From contig NC_088810.1 in NCBI RefSeq assembly GCF_011386835.1, positions 24,676,001-24,740,000 of the forward strand: a stretch of 64,000 bases of DNA, written 5' to 3'. Both the position numbers and the translations under genes were made by a program. The notes beneath the pieces were generated by a model. The model saw nothing but the letters and a program-made list of their open reading frames with translations, ran no database searches and was not told where the DNA came from. Every line of letters begins with the position of its first letter. The stretch's first letter is position 1. The DNA comes from Chrysemys picta bellii. Lineage: Eukaryota. Of the stretch, positions 11,871-24,600 are shown piece after piece.

Positions 11871-12401
11871 GACACCCGCTGCTCCCCAGCTGTCGGGCGG
11901 GGCTCCCCGGGGGGAGGAGACAGCCCCCCCCCCAACCCCGGGCAGGAGGTGGCATCAGAGCCCGGCCCTGGCAATGCCCGGCCCCACCCACCCCCGCCAG
12001 CAGCTCCCGCCTGGCCCCCGTGAGCCAGCGCAGACCCGGGGCCTGGAGCCCGGCCCCACAGCGCCCCACGCAGGTGACGGGCTCCCCACACGAAGCTTCG
12101 CGGCACGCAGGTCACTGCCCTTCCGCAGCAGGGAGCGGCCCCCCAGGGCTGGGGGAGGAAAGCCCTGGTCACCCCCTGACCTCGGGGAGCAGCCGCCTCT
12201 CCTTCGCCTGCGCCAGGCTCGGGGCCCGGAGGCACTTTCGTCTCGCCAAGCCCCCGGGCAAGGGCCTCAGCCCCGCACCCACTGGGCCGAGTCAGGCCCA
12301 GACACCTGGGCCCCTGCCCCGCCCCTCCTACTACTCCAGTTCCTTTGCAGCGACCAAGGGGCCAGGGAAGCCCGGCCTTGGACTCCTGGGAGCAGGTAGC
12401 T

Positions 12402-12709
12402 CAGGGGTCAGCAACCTTTGGCACGCGGCTCGCCAGGGTAAGCCCCTGGGGGCCGGGCCGGTTTGTTACCTGCCGCGTCCACAGGTTCGGCCGATCGCGG
12501 CTCCCACTGACCGCGGTTCGCCGGCCCAGGCCCATGGGGGCGGCAGGAAGCGGCGGCCAGTACATCCTGCAACCCACGCTGCTGCCCGCAGCCCCCACGG
12601 GCCTGAGCCGCGATCGGCCGAACCTGCAGACGCGGCAGGTAAACAAACTGGCCCGGCCCGCCAGGGGGCTTACCCTGGCAAGCCGTGTGCCAAAGGTTGC
12701 CGATCCCTG
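12402..12709. mobile_element. Non-autonomous hAT (Charlie-like) MITE, palindromic, 308 bp
   Basis: Ends CAGGGGTCAGCAACC ... GGTTGCCGATCCCTG. Arms of ~105 bp are near reverse complements. Degenerate 8-bp TSD aggtagct / ggctagat (5/8 match, central TAG). Confidence 0.85.
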
Positions 12710-12908
12710 GGCTAGATGCTACCCAGGGTGTGCAGATAATATACCAGGCCAGGGGGTGGGGGGCACTGCTGGCACCCTCATGGGAGAGGCTAACAGAGCA
12801 GAATTTCTCAGCAAAACCAACCCAGTGCAACGGTGGGTCTCGGACAGACGGACAGACAGGAGTCTGCTTTCAAATAGCTTTATAGCTGGACAATACAAAA
12901 AGTTTTCC

Positions 12909-12914
12909 TTTAAT
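12909..12914 (-). terminator. Candidate PYGO2 polyadenylation signal ATTAAA
   Basis: tttaat on + at the far end of an AT-richer tract typical of a 3'UTR end; implies a 3'UTR of ~2.7 kb. Confidence 0.45.
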
Positions 12915-15597
12915 GCTCAGACTGTTAAAACGGGGCAAGACCGCGCCCCCTGGTCCTGCAGAAAGCTCTGGGAGGTTAAAAACGATTACAAACCACACCA
13001 GCAACCACTTTACAAAAGGGAACAAGTCATCAAAACAGCAAGAAATTAACAAAACCAGGCGATTCCCCCAACCCACCCGAGAGCAGCAGGGCCCAGGACA
13101 CAGGCCAGCTGCAGCCCAGTCCAGGGTGCCCAGCGAGGGTTGGGATGGCCCATGGCTACTAAACACGAGCAGCTGTTAGCCAGCTAGCAGACCTGCCTCC
13201 GGGCGCTGTGCGTACTCAGCAGGGCAAAGTGTGCACCTGCCAATCAGCCCCTGTGCCATGCACCAAGCTGCTTCCAGTGCTGCTGTTCTCAGCTCAGACC
13301 CCCCCCCCCCACCCATTCCCCACCCGCAGCTCATGTCAGGCCCCTGCCACCACCTGCCCACCCCCCTCAGCCACTGGAGCAGGAAGAGACCCAGCCCCAT
13401 CTACCAGGCCAGGCCTCTGGGTTCACGCCTCCCCCCACGCGTCTCACTCTCTGCTTAACTGGCTCCAGACAGTCCCCCGACCACCACCACAGCTCGCTAA
13501 TCTAGGTCTGCACCACTGGTGGAAAGCAAGCTGCCCCCTGCACCGCATGCACCGGCTAAGGGGCGCCCCGGCCCCGGGGGCTCCACAGCTCTCGCCGACA
13601 CAGCAGCAGGCGCAGGGCCCTGGATCTGGGTGTCTGTTCCAGAATCCCCACTTTGCTTTAAACGTGTGGCAGCCAGGAGACCCTCACAAACATGACCCGA
13701 GTGCAGCCGCTGCCTGGAATGACAGCGCCGAGCGGTGTGAACGAACTGCCAGGCAGCCGAGGGAATCCGACGGGCTGGTGACCTGAGCTGCCCACGGAGC
13801 AGCCCAGCAGGCTGGGAGCCAGGCCCTGCAGCAGGCTACGTCCCTGGCACAGAGGGAAGGGAGGCAGCTCTGTGCTGGGCTGCTGGCAACCCCAGGAAAA
13901 CACCTTCACACCCACTGCTGCTTATTGCCTGCTCCGAGCCCTAGCCCTGTGCGTGGGGGGCGGGACAGGAGGGGCCCGGACAGACTGAGCTGACGTTTCC
14001 ACCCCGTTCAGAAGCTGCTTCCACGGGCCTGGGTCCTGCTTTGCCAGAGCGCGTGGCCTGGGCACAACATGCACATTTCCAACCTGTGCGCCCCCCACGC
14101 TCAGGGACAGCGGGACCCTCCGCGCCTCCCCGGCCCTGTGCCTGTAGCCAGCCCTGTGACGTAGCTCACGCTGGAAAGGGGCACGGGCAGCTTCTGCTCA
14201 GCTGCGTAACCCGCCCACTGGCTTTCATGGGCACCCAGAAGGCAACAGGCACCATCCAACCAATGACGAATGGAGCAGCCACGCTCCCCCTAGCGCAGAC
14301 AGGCCCAGCAGGGCAGGGTGTGTCTGGCTCTCCCACCCAGCATGGCACGATGGGGCCTGGAGGCTCCATGGGCCCCAGGCATTCAAAAATCGTGAGTCAG
14401 ACCCCAAAGTGCGAGGACATCCAACAATGGCTGTGGAGCCCCTGGGACCATGTCTCCCAGCTGCTCTCAGCAGCCCCCCGGGTTGGGGGGTGACTTGGAA
14501 CGAAATCTGGGTCTCACCTCATCCAGGCCCAGGGCTGGAGCTTTACGGAAACCCAGCGTGCAGCAGGACCTGGCAGAGCAGCTCCTCCCGGGGGGCAGGG
14601 CGCCGAGAGCGCTGTGGCTGGGGGGTCTCGCCGCAGACACAATTTGTGAGTGATCAGGAGAACCCACCTCGCACCTGCAGCAGGCCCAGCTCGGCTCCGA
14701 GGGGCCTGCACTCCAGCTACTCAGCCGGGATTCCACACACGTCCCGAGCACCGGCTGCGGTCTGGGGAAAGGGAGAGAAAGCCGCCTTCCCTGCTGCTCT
14801 GACGCACGCAGGCAGCACACCTCCCCCCCACCCCCATCATGGTGCAGACGCACTGCCCTCCCCTCCGGCAACAGCACAGAGCCGAGTGCTGCTTGGGAAG
14901 TGGCGGCTCAGGGGTGGGACAGACACACTCACACCCATCAAGTGCAAAGGGCTCAGCGTGCTGGTTCCACTACAGGCCCCTGCCAGGAGACGGAGCCCTG
15001 GCTGTTCCAGCCCTCGCTGTGGCCAGGGGTGGGGGAGAAGATCTGTAACGCTGCTCTGGGCTCAACTCCCAGCTCTAGGGGTCACACCACAGCTCCCCCA
15101 TCACCAGGACACAGCCCTCGCCAGCTCCGCCCCACTTCTATGCAGTAGAAACTGCTCTGAGCATCCGCATTTGCAGGACACCCCCGGCCCCAGGGCTCTC
15201 TGTGAAACAGTCACTTACTCTGCCCCCAGACAGAGATTCTGCTACCACTGGCGCTCAGCTCGGCCAGTAACAGAGACCTCAGAGCCCCGAGCCGGACTTC
15301 ACACTCTGGGCTGGCAGGCGCGGGGGTATCTGGGGGCAGGAACTGGTCTCTCCTCTCCCTCCAATGGACACTCCGAGTATTTTAAAAGAGCATGAGCTGC
15401 ACCAGGCCCAGCCACGCAGACGAGCAAGAACAGAGAGGAAACATTACCGAAGCCAGACGCCAGCCCTCGACATCGTCTCTTGCACGCACGGAGAGGGGTG
15501 GCTACAAAATAAGGGGGGGGATTGGCCCGAAAACCACGCAGGGATCTGTACGAGGGGAGGGCAGCACGGCCCCTCCCTAGCCGGGCCCAGCGCCCAC

Positions 15598-18500
15598 TCA
15601 GCCGTCATTGGCCGCCACCAGTTGCCCATGCCCTCCGGATGTACACCGACTGGATCTCCTTGGTCTTCAGGCAGTAGTCGCAGGCCCAGACGGCCGAGGC
15701 CTCGGTGGTGAGCAGCCCGTAGGCATTCTCTGTCATGCCCGTGCACTCCCGGTGGAACCACTTCTGGCAGGAGGCCTCGCACAGGATGGCGTCCTGGTCG
15801 TCGTTCACCTCGCTGCGGCAGGCCCCGCAAGGGTACACCCAGGCCCGGCGGTGGCTGGTGCCCAGAGTTGCCAGACGCCTTGCTGGAGGGCGGGAGGCTG
15901 TTAGCTTCGGGGGTGCTGCTGCTCCGGCTGGCGCTGCTGGGGGCGAAGCTCGGCTGGGCCCCATTCACCGCGGCTGGTGAGCCTGAGTGCGGCTCCTGGC
16001 TGAAGGTGCTGGGAGGGGGGTTGAGGTTCTTCCCCCCATCATCCCCCCCAGCCGGAAAGCCGGGGTCAGCCCCAGGGAAGGGGCTGGTGTTTGGGGGCAG
16101 GTTCTGGCTGGGCCGCTGCATGGGAGACTGTCCAAAGAGATTGGCGGGCTGGCTGAACCTCTGGGCCATGGGGGGGCCGGCAGGGGGATTCAGGGCAGCC
16201 CCGGTGCCATGTCTCCCCGGGGAGGCTGCCCCATGGTGGGGGAGATCATGGGCCCCAAAGCCCCCAACTGGCCCCTGCATGAGCTGTCCTGCGGGGGGGC
16301 TGAAGTTCTGTCCGAGAGGCTGGTTGAAGGGCTGGCTGGGGAAGCTCATGGCACCAGGCTGCACGTAGTTGGGGTTCTGGGGGGGCATGCTGAAGGCTGG
16401 GCCCATCTGGCCCGGGGCGAAGGGCGGGGGCTGCCTCCGCATGGCCTGGGGGCCCCCCCCGTAGCCCGGTGGCACCTGGGATGTCATGCCCCCCTGCATG
16501 CGGAAGTTCCCAAAGGGCACCGGGTTGCCGAGGAACGGAGCCGATGAGGCCCCCACTTTAGGCACCCCAAAGTCATCTTCAAAGGGGTTGGAGGCCACCA
16601 AGTGATCGACCATTGGAGTCGGGGGCGGGGCGAACTCGGAGAGATGGGAATAGGCAGGGCCCTGTGGGGAGAAGGCACAGGAGTCAGTGTGGGGCTTACC
16701 CACGCAACAAGCAGACGTGTGGGGCCCAGGGATACCAGGAGCACAGGGCCCTCAGCTCCCGCTGGTGCCAGGCAGGGCCTGGGCGGAGACACACAGCACT
16801 GGCAGGGCCGAGCCCCGTAGTTCCTCTGCATAGCCTGGCTACGGACGGCATTCGGAGCAGCAGGAAGCCGCCCCTCCAGGAGCCTCCTGCTACTGGGGGG
16901 GGGGGGGGGGGGGGGGGCGGGGAGAGAGACGAGCCCTGTCTGGAGCAGGGACCCTGGGCTCCTAGCGCCATCCGTGTCAAAGGCACCGGGGACACTGGGA
17001 TAGTCCCCAGGCCATGGGAACAGCCACCACTGGCTGCTTTCGAGGAAGGGCACCGCTGCCCGTACAGCCCCCACTGGCTGCGTGCTGCTCCATGGGGTGT
17101 GGCGTGTCCGGCCGGCGGCCCTGATACAGGACACTCCGAGCAGCCCCAGGGTTTGGCTTCAGCCTGCTGTGGGTGGGGCTGTCTGTGCCCACAGGTGCCA
17201 TGCATGTGCTCGTGTCATGGTGCTGGTCTGACAGCCTGGCCCCCACACTCCTATCACGGAGTCTGAACGCACAGGGTCCCAGCCGTGCCCCTACCTGAGT
17301 GTTGGATTTGCGCCGTTTCTTTTCAGGGCTCTTCATTTGCAGACCTGTGAGGGGAAGCACGGGTGAAGTCAGTGAGCACCGTCAACCCTGGCAGGGCCTG
17401 AAGACAGCCCATCCCCCCGTCCCCCCTACGCACGGAGAGAAAATAAAGACCAGACACCCCCCAAACTCTTTTCTCCCATAAAGCCTCCCTGTTCTCACCC
17501 CCGACCTGCTCCCCCAGGGCAGGGCCAGGGCAGGGCCAGGGCAGACTCCCAGACACAGGCAGCGTTTCCACCCCATTGATGACGGGACAGAAGAACTTTA
17601 TGGCCTGATAAGGTCACCGAGAAGTCTGATCCAGGGAGAACAGGAGCCGGCTACGGCCCCAGGACTGAGCCGCACCATGGCCCTGCTCATGCATCCCCGG
17701 TTCTCAGCTGCGTGCAGGTGGCTGGCGTCCCGGTCCGGCTCCCCCAAAGCTCCGTTCCCAGGTGAACGTGTTCCCTTCCCCACAAAGGGCCAGGCTCCAG
17801 TTGTGTTCAGCGCAACTGCTGCCCGTGCAAGCTCAACCCATGCGCAGGAAGGGCCGGCGGGGACGGCTGCTGCATCCCGCCAGGCCTCAGCTCGGCCTCT
17901 GCGCTCCGGCCCTTCCTGCGCTGCACAAACGCCTGCCAGGAACGACTCAGCCCTGGGTCAGCTCCAGGTCACCCCGGCCTGCAGTCAGGCGGCTTGTGCT
18001 GGCACAGCCAAGGAACAGCCATACCCCCTTGGAAGCGCCATGGGGTGGGGACCCATGGCCCAGACTCTCCGTGCAGAGCGCCAGGCATGCAGCCCCCATG
18101 GCCATACCCCCTTGGAAGCGCCATGGGGTGGGGACCCATGGCCCAGACTCTCCGTGCAGAGCGCCAGGCATGCAGCCCCCATGGCCCTGCCCCCTGCAAG
18201 CCCTGTCCAGGGGAGGGGGGTGCCGTGCAGACCCCACCGCCCCTGGCCCCGGGCTACAGCCCAGCACGTACCAGTCACGCAAGAGCCAGGACAGCCCTGC
18301 CAGTGTCACTGCTCCAGAGAGATGTGGGGCACTAAGCCCCCCCCCCCCACTGGCCCCTCCGCAACCCACTGGCCCCTCCGCAACCCCGCCAATCCGCCTC
18401 GCCCTCCCCACCCCCACCAGCACAATTCCCTCATCCCCTTCTGAGCGCCCCAGCCCCCATCGCCCCCTGAACCCCTTGCCCCAGGGCCGCCCCCCAGCTA

Positions 18501-18889
18501 CACCCCCACGTGCCCCCTCGCCCCACCCCAGCCCCGCGCCCCTCCCGGCTACACCCCCACGTGCCCCCCCCCGCCCCACCCCACCCCCACGTGCCCCCCC
18601 GGCTACACCCCCACGTGCCCCCCCCGCCCCACCCCACCCCCACGTGCCCCCCCGGCTACACCCCCACGTGCCCCCCACCCCCAGCACAATTCCCTCATCC
18701 CCTTCTGAGCGCCCCAGCCCCCATCGCCCCCTGAACCCCCAGCCCCGCGGCCCCCCCGCTCTCACCTGCCTTCCCCTGCTTCCTGCCGGGCCCGCCGGGG
18801 GGGCCGCTGCCCGGCGGGTTGGGGGGCCCCGGGGGGGGCGGCGGGGCCGGGACTCCTCCCTCCAGCTTCTCGGGGTGCGGAGCCGCCAT
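15598..18889 (-). CDS. PYGO2: Pygopus homolog 2 (NHD + PHD finger); exon 3 carries five 1-bp indels in this assembly
   Basis: Exons: 18889-18766 (MAAPHPEKLEGG...GRKQGKA), 17344-17295 (GLQMKSPEKKRRKSNTQ, NLS), 16661-15598 (NPFEDDF motif; PHD CGACRSEVNDDQDAILCEASCQKWFHRECTG; the expected end EGMGQLVAANDG* is recoverable after indel correction). Confidence 0.95.
18018..18186. repeat. Perfect 83-bp tandem duplication in PYGO2 intron 1
   Basis: gccatacccccttggaagcgcc... starts at 18018 and again at 18101. Confidence 0.9.
18414..18740. repeat. C-rich VNTR containing six CACGTG motifs, bracketed by ~60-bp direct repeats
   Basis: CACGTG at 18507, 18558, 18588, 18612, 18641 and 18665. cagcacaattccctcatccccttctgagcgccccagcccccatcgccccctgaaccc occurs at both ends. 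Confidence 0.85.
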
Positions 18890-19020
18890 GGGGGGCCCGG
18901 GGCTCAGAGCCGGGGGGGCCCGGGCTGCGCCATGGCTCCGCGCTGCGGCTCCGGCCCGCACTCAGGGCGGCCGCGCCGGAACCGGAAACTGGCCGGGCCC
19001 TACCACCGCGGGAGGGGGGG
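18890..19020 (-). promoter_or_regulatory. PYGO2 CpG-island promoter with tandem ETS motifs
   Basis: ccggaaccggaaa at ~18975-18987 in CpG-dense sequence just upstream of the ATG. Confidence 0.5.
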
Positions 19021-19878
19021 AGGGTGAACCATTCCTCACGGGGGCGGACCCCACCACTCCGTATGCGGTGGTAGGGGGACCGGGTGGGACAAACCATTCC
19101 ACAAGGGAAGGGGGGGCGAGCCCTACCACTCCCAGGATTAGACTATTCTACACTGGGGGGCGGGGGGTGCTGGAACAGACCACTGCAGGCTTCTGGGTTC
19201 CGCTCCCCGCAGCTGGGCCCTCGCCAAGGGGGCCCCAGGGTTGGAGCCCCTCCCCTGAGCCCCCCACCCTGGGAGCTGATCCCCTTGCTGGGGCCCCTGC
19301 CCATGGGGCACCCCCAAGTCGGGCCCTGCCCAGGGGGGCACGAGGGAGCCAGGAGCTGAGCTCCCCGTTCTGCCCCCACACTCCTGCCCCCGGGAGCCAG
19401 GGCTGGGCGGGGCACTCCGGGCCCCAGCTCTCTGGGGCTGTCCAGCCCCTCCAGGCCGGCCTGGCGTGAGCTGCCCTTGGGGGTGGTGGCTGAGCCCTGG
19501 CCCAGATCTGAGCGGCCATGGCCGGGGGGCAGCTGGCCGCAGGGCTGGGGGGCCGCTCTGCCGCCCTCCCGCTGCTGGGATGTTACCTCATTTGCAGCCG
19601 CCAACTGCAGCAGGAGGCGCCCGCCGGGGAGAGCTCGGGCAGGGGCAGTTACTGGCCATGTAAAGCTGAGGGTCTAAGAGCCTAGGAGAGGGGCCGCTGG
19701 GGCCCAAGGGGCAAAGCATCAGCCCGCTGGCTCAGAGAGCCCTCAGCCAAGCACACGCCCCGTGTACCCTGGAGGAGCAGCTGCTGGACACGGATGCAGC
19801 ATCCACCTTCCTGCACGGACCCCTCCCCTCCTGTCAGGCGAGGAGCCACTCACAGCCATGCATTAAAGAAATACTAAC

Positions 19879-19884
19879 TTTAAT
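19879..19884 (-). terminator. Candidate SHC1 polyadenylation signal ATTAAA
   Basis: tttaat on + inside an abrupt AT-rich tract ~1.7 kb past the SHC1 stop. Confidence 0.5.
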
Positions 19885-21611
19885 AATAACCATCCGATTC
19901 CTTTGGTATAATCAAGACCTGGTAACAAATCAAACCCATATAAAGGAGAAAGAGAAGGGGGAGGGGAGAAAGCAAAACCCTCCCCCCTCTGAGCCCAGGC
20001 TGACTCCTCTGGGGGAGCAGGAGGCGTGAGGGGAGGGTTACACTTTGGCTTCAGAGTATAACAATGTGCATGCAACAGTGGGATCCCCACAGTCCGTGCA
20101 GACCCAGTGGCGGGCAGGCTTCATGCCCTGCAGGGAGAGGGCTCACCTGCCACTGCAGCAGAGCCTGGGAAGCCCGGGAGGCTGCTCCCGGCGGACACTG
20201 CTTAGCGCTGGCTGGGGAGAAGGAGCAGAGCTCAGGCCAGCTGTCCTGTCCCCCTGGGACCTCAGCAGCCCACTTGTCCCCTGAGGTGGGGAGTTCTGGT
20301 TCCCCCCTTCCAGCTCCAATCTTGTTGGGTGCTACGTGCTTCCTTTGGCTGCGTGGTTGGCCCAGACCGAGCTGGAGTACAGGGAACTGGCTGTGACATA
20401 CCCTGCCCAAGGGGCAGAAGGGCGTAGTGTACAGCACTGCTCCCCTCCAAGGGCAGGGGGACCAAGGGGCTCTTGCCCTCCTATGGAGAACCCCATTTAC
20501 CCCATCTCATTTCCATCCATGCCCCTCCCTGGACACAGGCTGGGCGTTGCCTTCCAGGATGAGGAGTGGGACTGTGAGCAGCCTGCTGCAGAAGGGGCCA
20601 CCTGAGCTCTGCTTCCAGCCAGCAGGACGCTGGGGCGGGACCAGGCCTGGCTGTGGCCTCTGGGAGCCTTGTGTGAGGACAGGGGCTGTGCTCCCAGGGT
20701 GGGCGGACTGCTCTCCCCAGCCTGCCCCAGGGCCAACTGCTTTGCATAAGTATCTGGGACCTGTGGAGGGTCAAGGCACAGAGTTAATACGTAAAGTGAT
20801 CGGGTACATTCGGTGTGCGGCCGGCCCAGCCTTGTGCTTCGCAGAGCAGAGGGCCGGGTTCACCTGAGGAGGGCAGGGGCCCTCCACTCCCGCCCTCTGG
20901 GGAAAATCTCCCTTGTTCTCGCTCTGTGCAGCAGGAGCCATGGTGCTGCTCTGTGGTGCGGGTGGCTCTCCCAAAGGGGTCACGCAGGTGGTGCCACCCA
21001 TGGGTGCTGACCCCTAGGGATTGCAGGGGAATGGCAGATGAGAATCCAGCCCTTCCCTGCTGGGGTGAGCTGCCTCTAGGGGAGGGCGAGGGCCAGGAGC
21101 GCTCCGCAACCTCCAGACAGGCAGGCCTCTGAGCCAATAAGATTGACCCTCACCTTCCTCACAGAGGCTCGGCGGTCAGGGCAGGCTCCCTCCCACCCGC
21201 CCTGCCTGAGGGGGGGGATGAACGCGGGGCGAGGGCGAGTGTGTGTGGTTGCAATTGGCCTTCGGAGCAGTGCACACAGCCACCCAGGCTGGAGCTTGGT
21301 GCACACAGCCACCCAGGCTGGAGCTTGGTGCTAGCAGAGGTGGAGCTGTGGCTGGTGCAGCTCCCTGGATGCAGAAACAGGCCCCCGCCCTCTGCCCAGT
21401 CCCGGCTCCCCCGGCCTCCTCCACCTCTGCTCTGTCTCCGGAGGGGCTGGTGTGAGCCCAGAGAGTCTGAGCTCATGGCGGAGAGACGGGGAGCCCCAGG
21501 GCCTCCTGGGGAAGCAGCGGCTGAAACAGTCCAAGAGCCCTGCTGGCAGAGAGGGGATGAGCAGGCCAGGGTGGGCAGGGCCTGGGGGGCTCCCCTGAGG
21601 CCACCCATGCC

Positions 21612-24600
21612 TCACAGTCTCCTCTCCACGGGCTGCTGCAGGCACAGCTCGCTGCCCGCCGAGATGATGGGCAGGTGATTGTCCATGTGGTAGCTGATCA
21701 GGTGACTGACGCTCTCAAAGCGATGATCCTTCGTCCGCACCTGCAGGGGCCAGAAACGGGGCTCAGGGGATGGCCAGGTAATGGGTGGAACCAGGAGGCA
21801 CGTGCGCCCTCTTGTGACCAAATGAGACATGGCAGCACAAACCTCACGGAGAGGAGCTAGTGTCCTGTTCCCTTGCAGGACCCGGCTGAGGCATCTCCGG
21901 GAGGGAGGGGTGGCCGTACCCGCCTGGGGGAGGGGGGCGGAGGGGGGGGGGAGGAGCCCAGACGGCACCCCAGCTCTTCCCTCGAGTGCCAAGCCTGTAG
22001 GACTGGGGAAGGGAGCCCCCCGCCGTGGCCCCAGGGCCGACTCACCACTCCCTCGGGGTCGACCAGCAGCAGGTGCTTGGGCTGCCCGCCCTGCAGCCCG
22101 GTCAGCACGTACTGGCCCGGTGTGGTGGTGCTCTCCCGCACCAGGAAGTCCCCGTTCACCTTCAGCAGCTTCTCCGCCTCCTTGCGGCTCATCTTCCCGT
22201 GGTACCAGGGCTCCCGCCGCAGCTGCTCCTCCATGGAGGCCAGGAGCTGGGCCGGCGGCAGCCCCACCGGCACCGTGGGCGGGACACGCAGGGCGTCCTC
22301 GAAGGGCTCTGCGGGGGGAGAGGAGCAGGGGTTGGATGGACACAGAGCCCACACCCACGCCACGCAGAGCCAGTCAATGCCAGCCCAGAGCTGGGGCAGA
22401 TGCCAGCAGGACGGGCCAACCCCCACTCACTCATGTCGAAGAGGTCTCGCTGGGCACTGCCGTTGGCCGTGCCTGGGATGCTGGCGGCAGAGGCCTGGCG
22501 CGACCTGTCCAGGTTCTGCACGTTGACGTAGGACGGGTCGTCAAACAGATCGGTGCGGAGGGCTGGGCCGGCGCCGGGGGCGTATTTATCCCTTCCTGCA
22601 TGGAGGGGAGCTGCAGTTAGCAGGGCTTGCCAGCCCGAGAGCCAGACCTCCCCCGCCACCTCAGCTACAGGGTCCAACACCCCCCTGCTGGGCCTTGGGT
22701 TACCCCAGGGACTGCCGGCAGAGACCCCAGCTGGGGGCAGCCCCGCACTCTGCTGGGATCCCTTGATTTGCTCCATGTGATCCTGGCAAGCCCAAAGATG
22801 ATGCAGAACCGGCCCCAGGGATATGAAAGCCCTGGGGCATTCGGCTTCCGGCCTTGGCACACACAGGGGATGCTCAGAGATTAGCCTGTCCCACTGCGGA
22901 GGGCAGCGGGGGGCAATGCTAGAGCTGGCACTGCCGTGCGGGGCAGTGAGGTGTCCGAGCCGTGCCGTGCCAGGCGACCCCCAGCAGGTGGGCAAGGGAG
23001 CCTGTGGCACAGCTGTGTGTGGTCCGGTACCTTGGGCAGGAGGGTGCTGCTTCCGGGGGTCGTGTTCTGCGCTGGACATCTGGCCCACAGGCTGCAGGAG
23101 GAAGAGACAGGCAGTGAGTAGCCAAGGCTCAGACTGCTCCCTTCTCCTCCCGGTGCCCGCAGCGCCCAGCCCCATGGCCTCCAGCCTGACCATCTGCCAC
23201 CCATCCTGCTCCGACTGCCGACTGGCAACAGGCAGTGCCCCCTGTGCATGGACGTACCCTGCCAGGTCTCACCCTGGGGTCTGACCAAGCAAGGGGAACT
23301 CATTGGCCAGGTGGCCCCAGGCCCGCAGCTTCCCCTCTTTCTGGCCACACCTGGGGATGGCAGCTCCCCCGAGCTGGCACCAAGGGACCCGCCTGGCACA
23401 GCCCTGGGAAGGGGTGCAGTGGGACAAGCTGGTGGGAGCGACACCCTCGCCCCCCACGAGCAGTGCTTACCAGCGTTGCCCCCAGGTGATTGGGCGCCTG
23501 TGCCACGCTGGCGCCATCACGCAGCCGCATGTCCACCACGCCCCCGAGGGGTGGCTCTTTGCCGGGGAAGTCGTTGTAGTACTGGTGGTCCGATGGCTCT
23601 TCCTCCTCCTCGTCCCAGGCCGAGCCGTCGAACCCAGCCATCCTAGGGAGGAGGGAGCAGTAGGTGAGCGGCAACGCGCCCCAGCTCTGCCGCGCTCCCC
23701 CCGCCGGCTCAGTACCCGGCGCCTCACCAAGGGCACTGGTGTTCCTTGTCTCAGGCCCGGCAGCCCCTGGACTGGACCCAGGCAGCCAGTGCATCCTGCC
23801 CAGAGCCCCGCCGGCCGGCCAGGGAGCTCCAGGGGCTCCCCCACCCTGCAGCATGCCTCTGAGGGGCTGCTGCCCCCCCATACCTGTCATGGGGAGTTAC
23901 GAGCTTTGGGGGGTTTTTCAAGTACTGCTTGAAGCGCAGCTCGAAGGCCTGCCCAATGGTGCTGATCACGTCCTGCGCCAGGCCCTCAGGGCACTCCAGG
24001 ATATGGCAGGCTGGAGGGGGAAGAAAGGCAGGGCTCAGAGCGAGGGACCCCGCAAGGGACCACACACACACACACACACACCCCGGGCACTGCCAGGCTC
24101 TCGTTACACCCACCCCTGGCAGCAGGGCCCCAGCAAAACAACTGTTGCTGCAGGCCCAGAGCCAGTCAGGGGGTCTCTGCGAGCGCAGCCTGGGGAGTGC
24201 AGGGGGGTGGCCAACCCAGCTCTCGTGGCCTGGGCCGGCTGGGGGGCATCGCGGGGCCGAGGCAGGCATCCAGCAGCGGTGGGGTTAATGGCTGCGCCAG
24301 CCGGCCAGGAGATGGCACAAGTCACTCACCTCTCTGATTGACGGGGTCTTTGGCAACATAGGCAACATACTCTGCAGTGTCCTGTGGGGGAGATGCAACA
24401 GGTGAGGTGGCGGCAGCACCAGAGCTGGGGGGGGGGGGGGGGACACACACCACCCCTACCCGTCGCCCACAGCCTAGTGCTCAGCACACCGATGGCAGTC
24501 CCAGTGTGAGGATGAGAGGCCAGGGGGATGTCCCAGGGCCCCAGCCCGGCCCTGCTTTGCTAGCCAGCCCTGTTGGCGTGGCTCACCCCTGCTGGGGCAG

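Noticed and set aside
15598-16260. Programmed ribosomal frameshifting or true pseudogenisation of PYGO2
   Set aside because: Five independent indels all lie in homopolymer runs, with no slippery heptamer context, no nonsense changes and a conserved protein. Assembly error is far more parsimonious.
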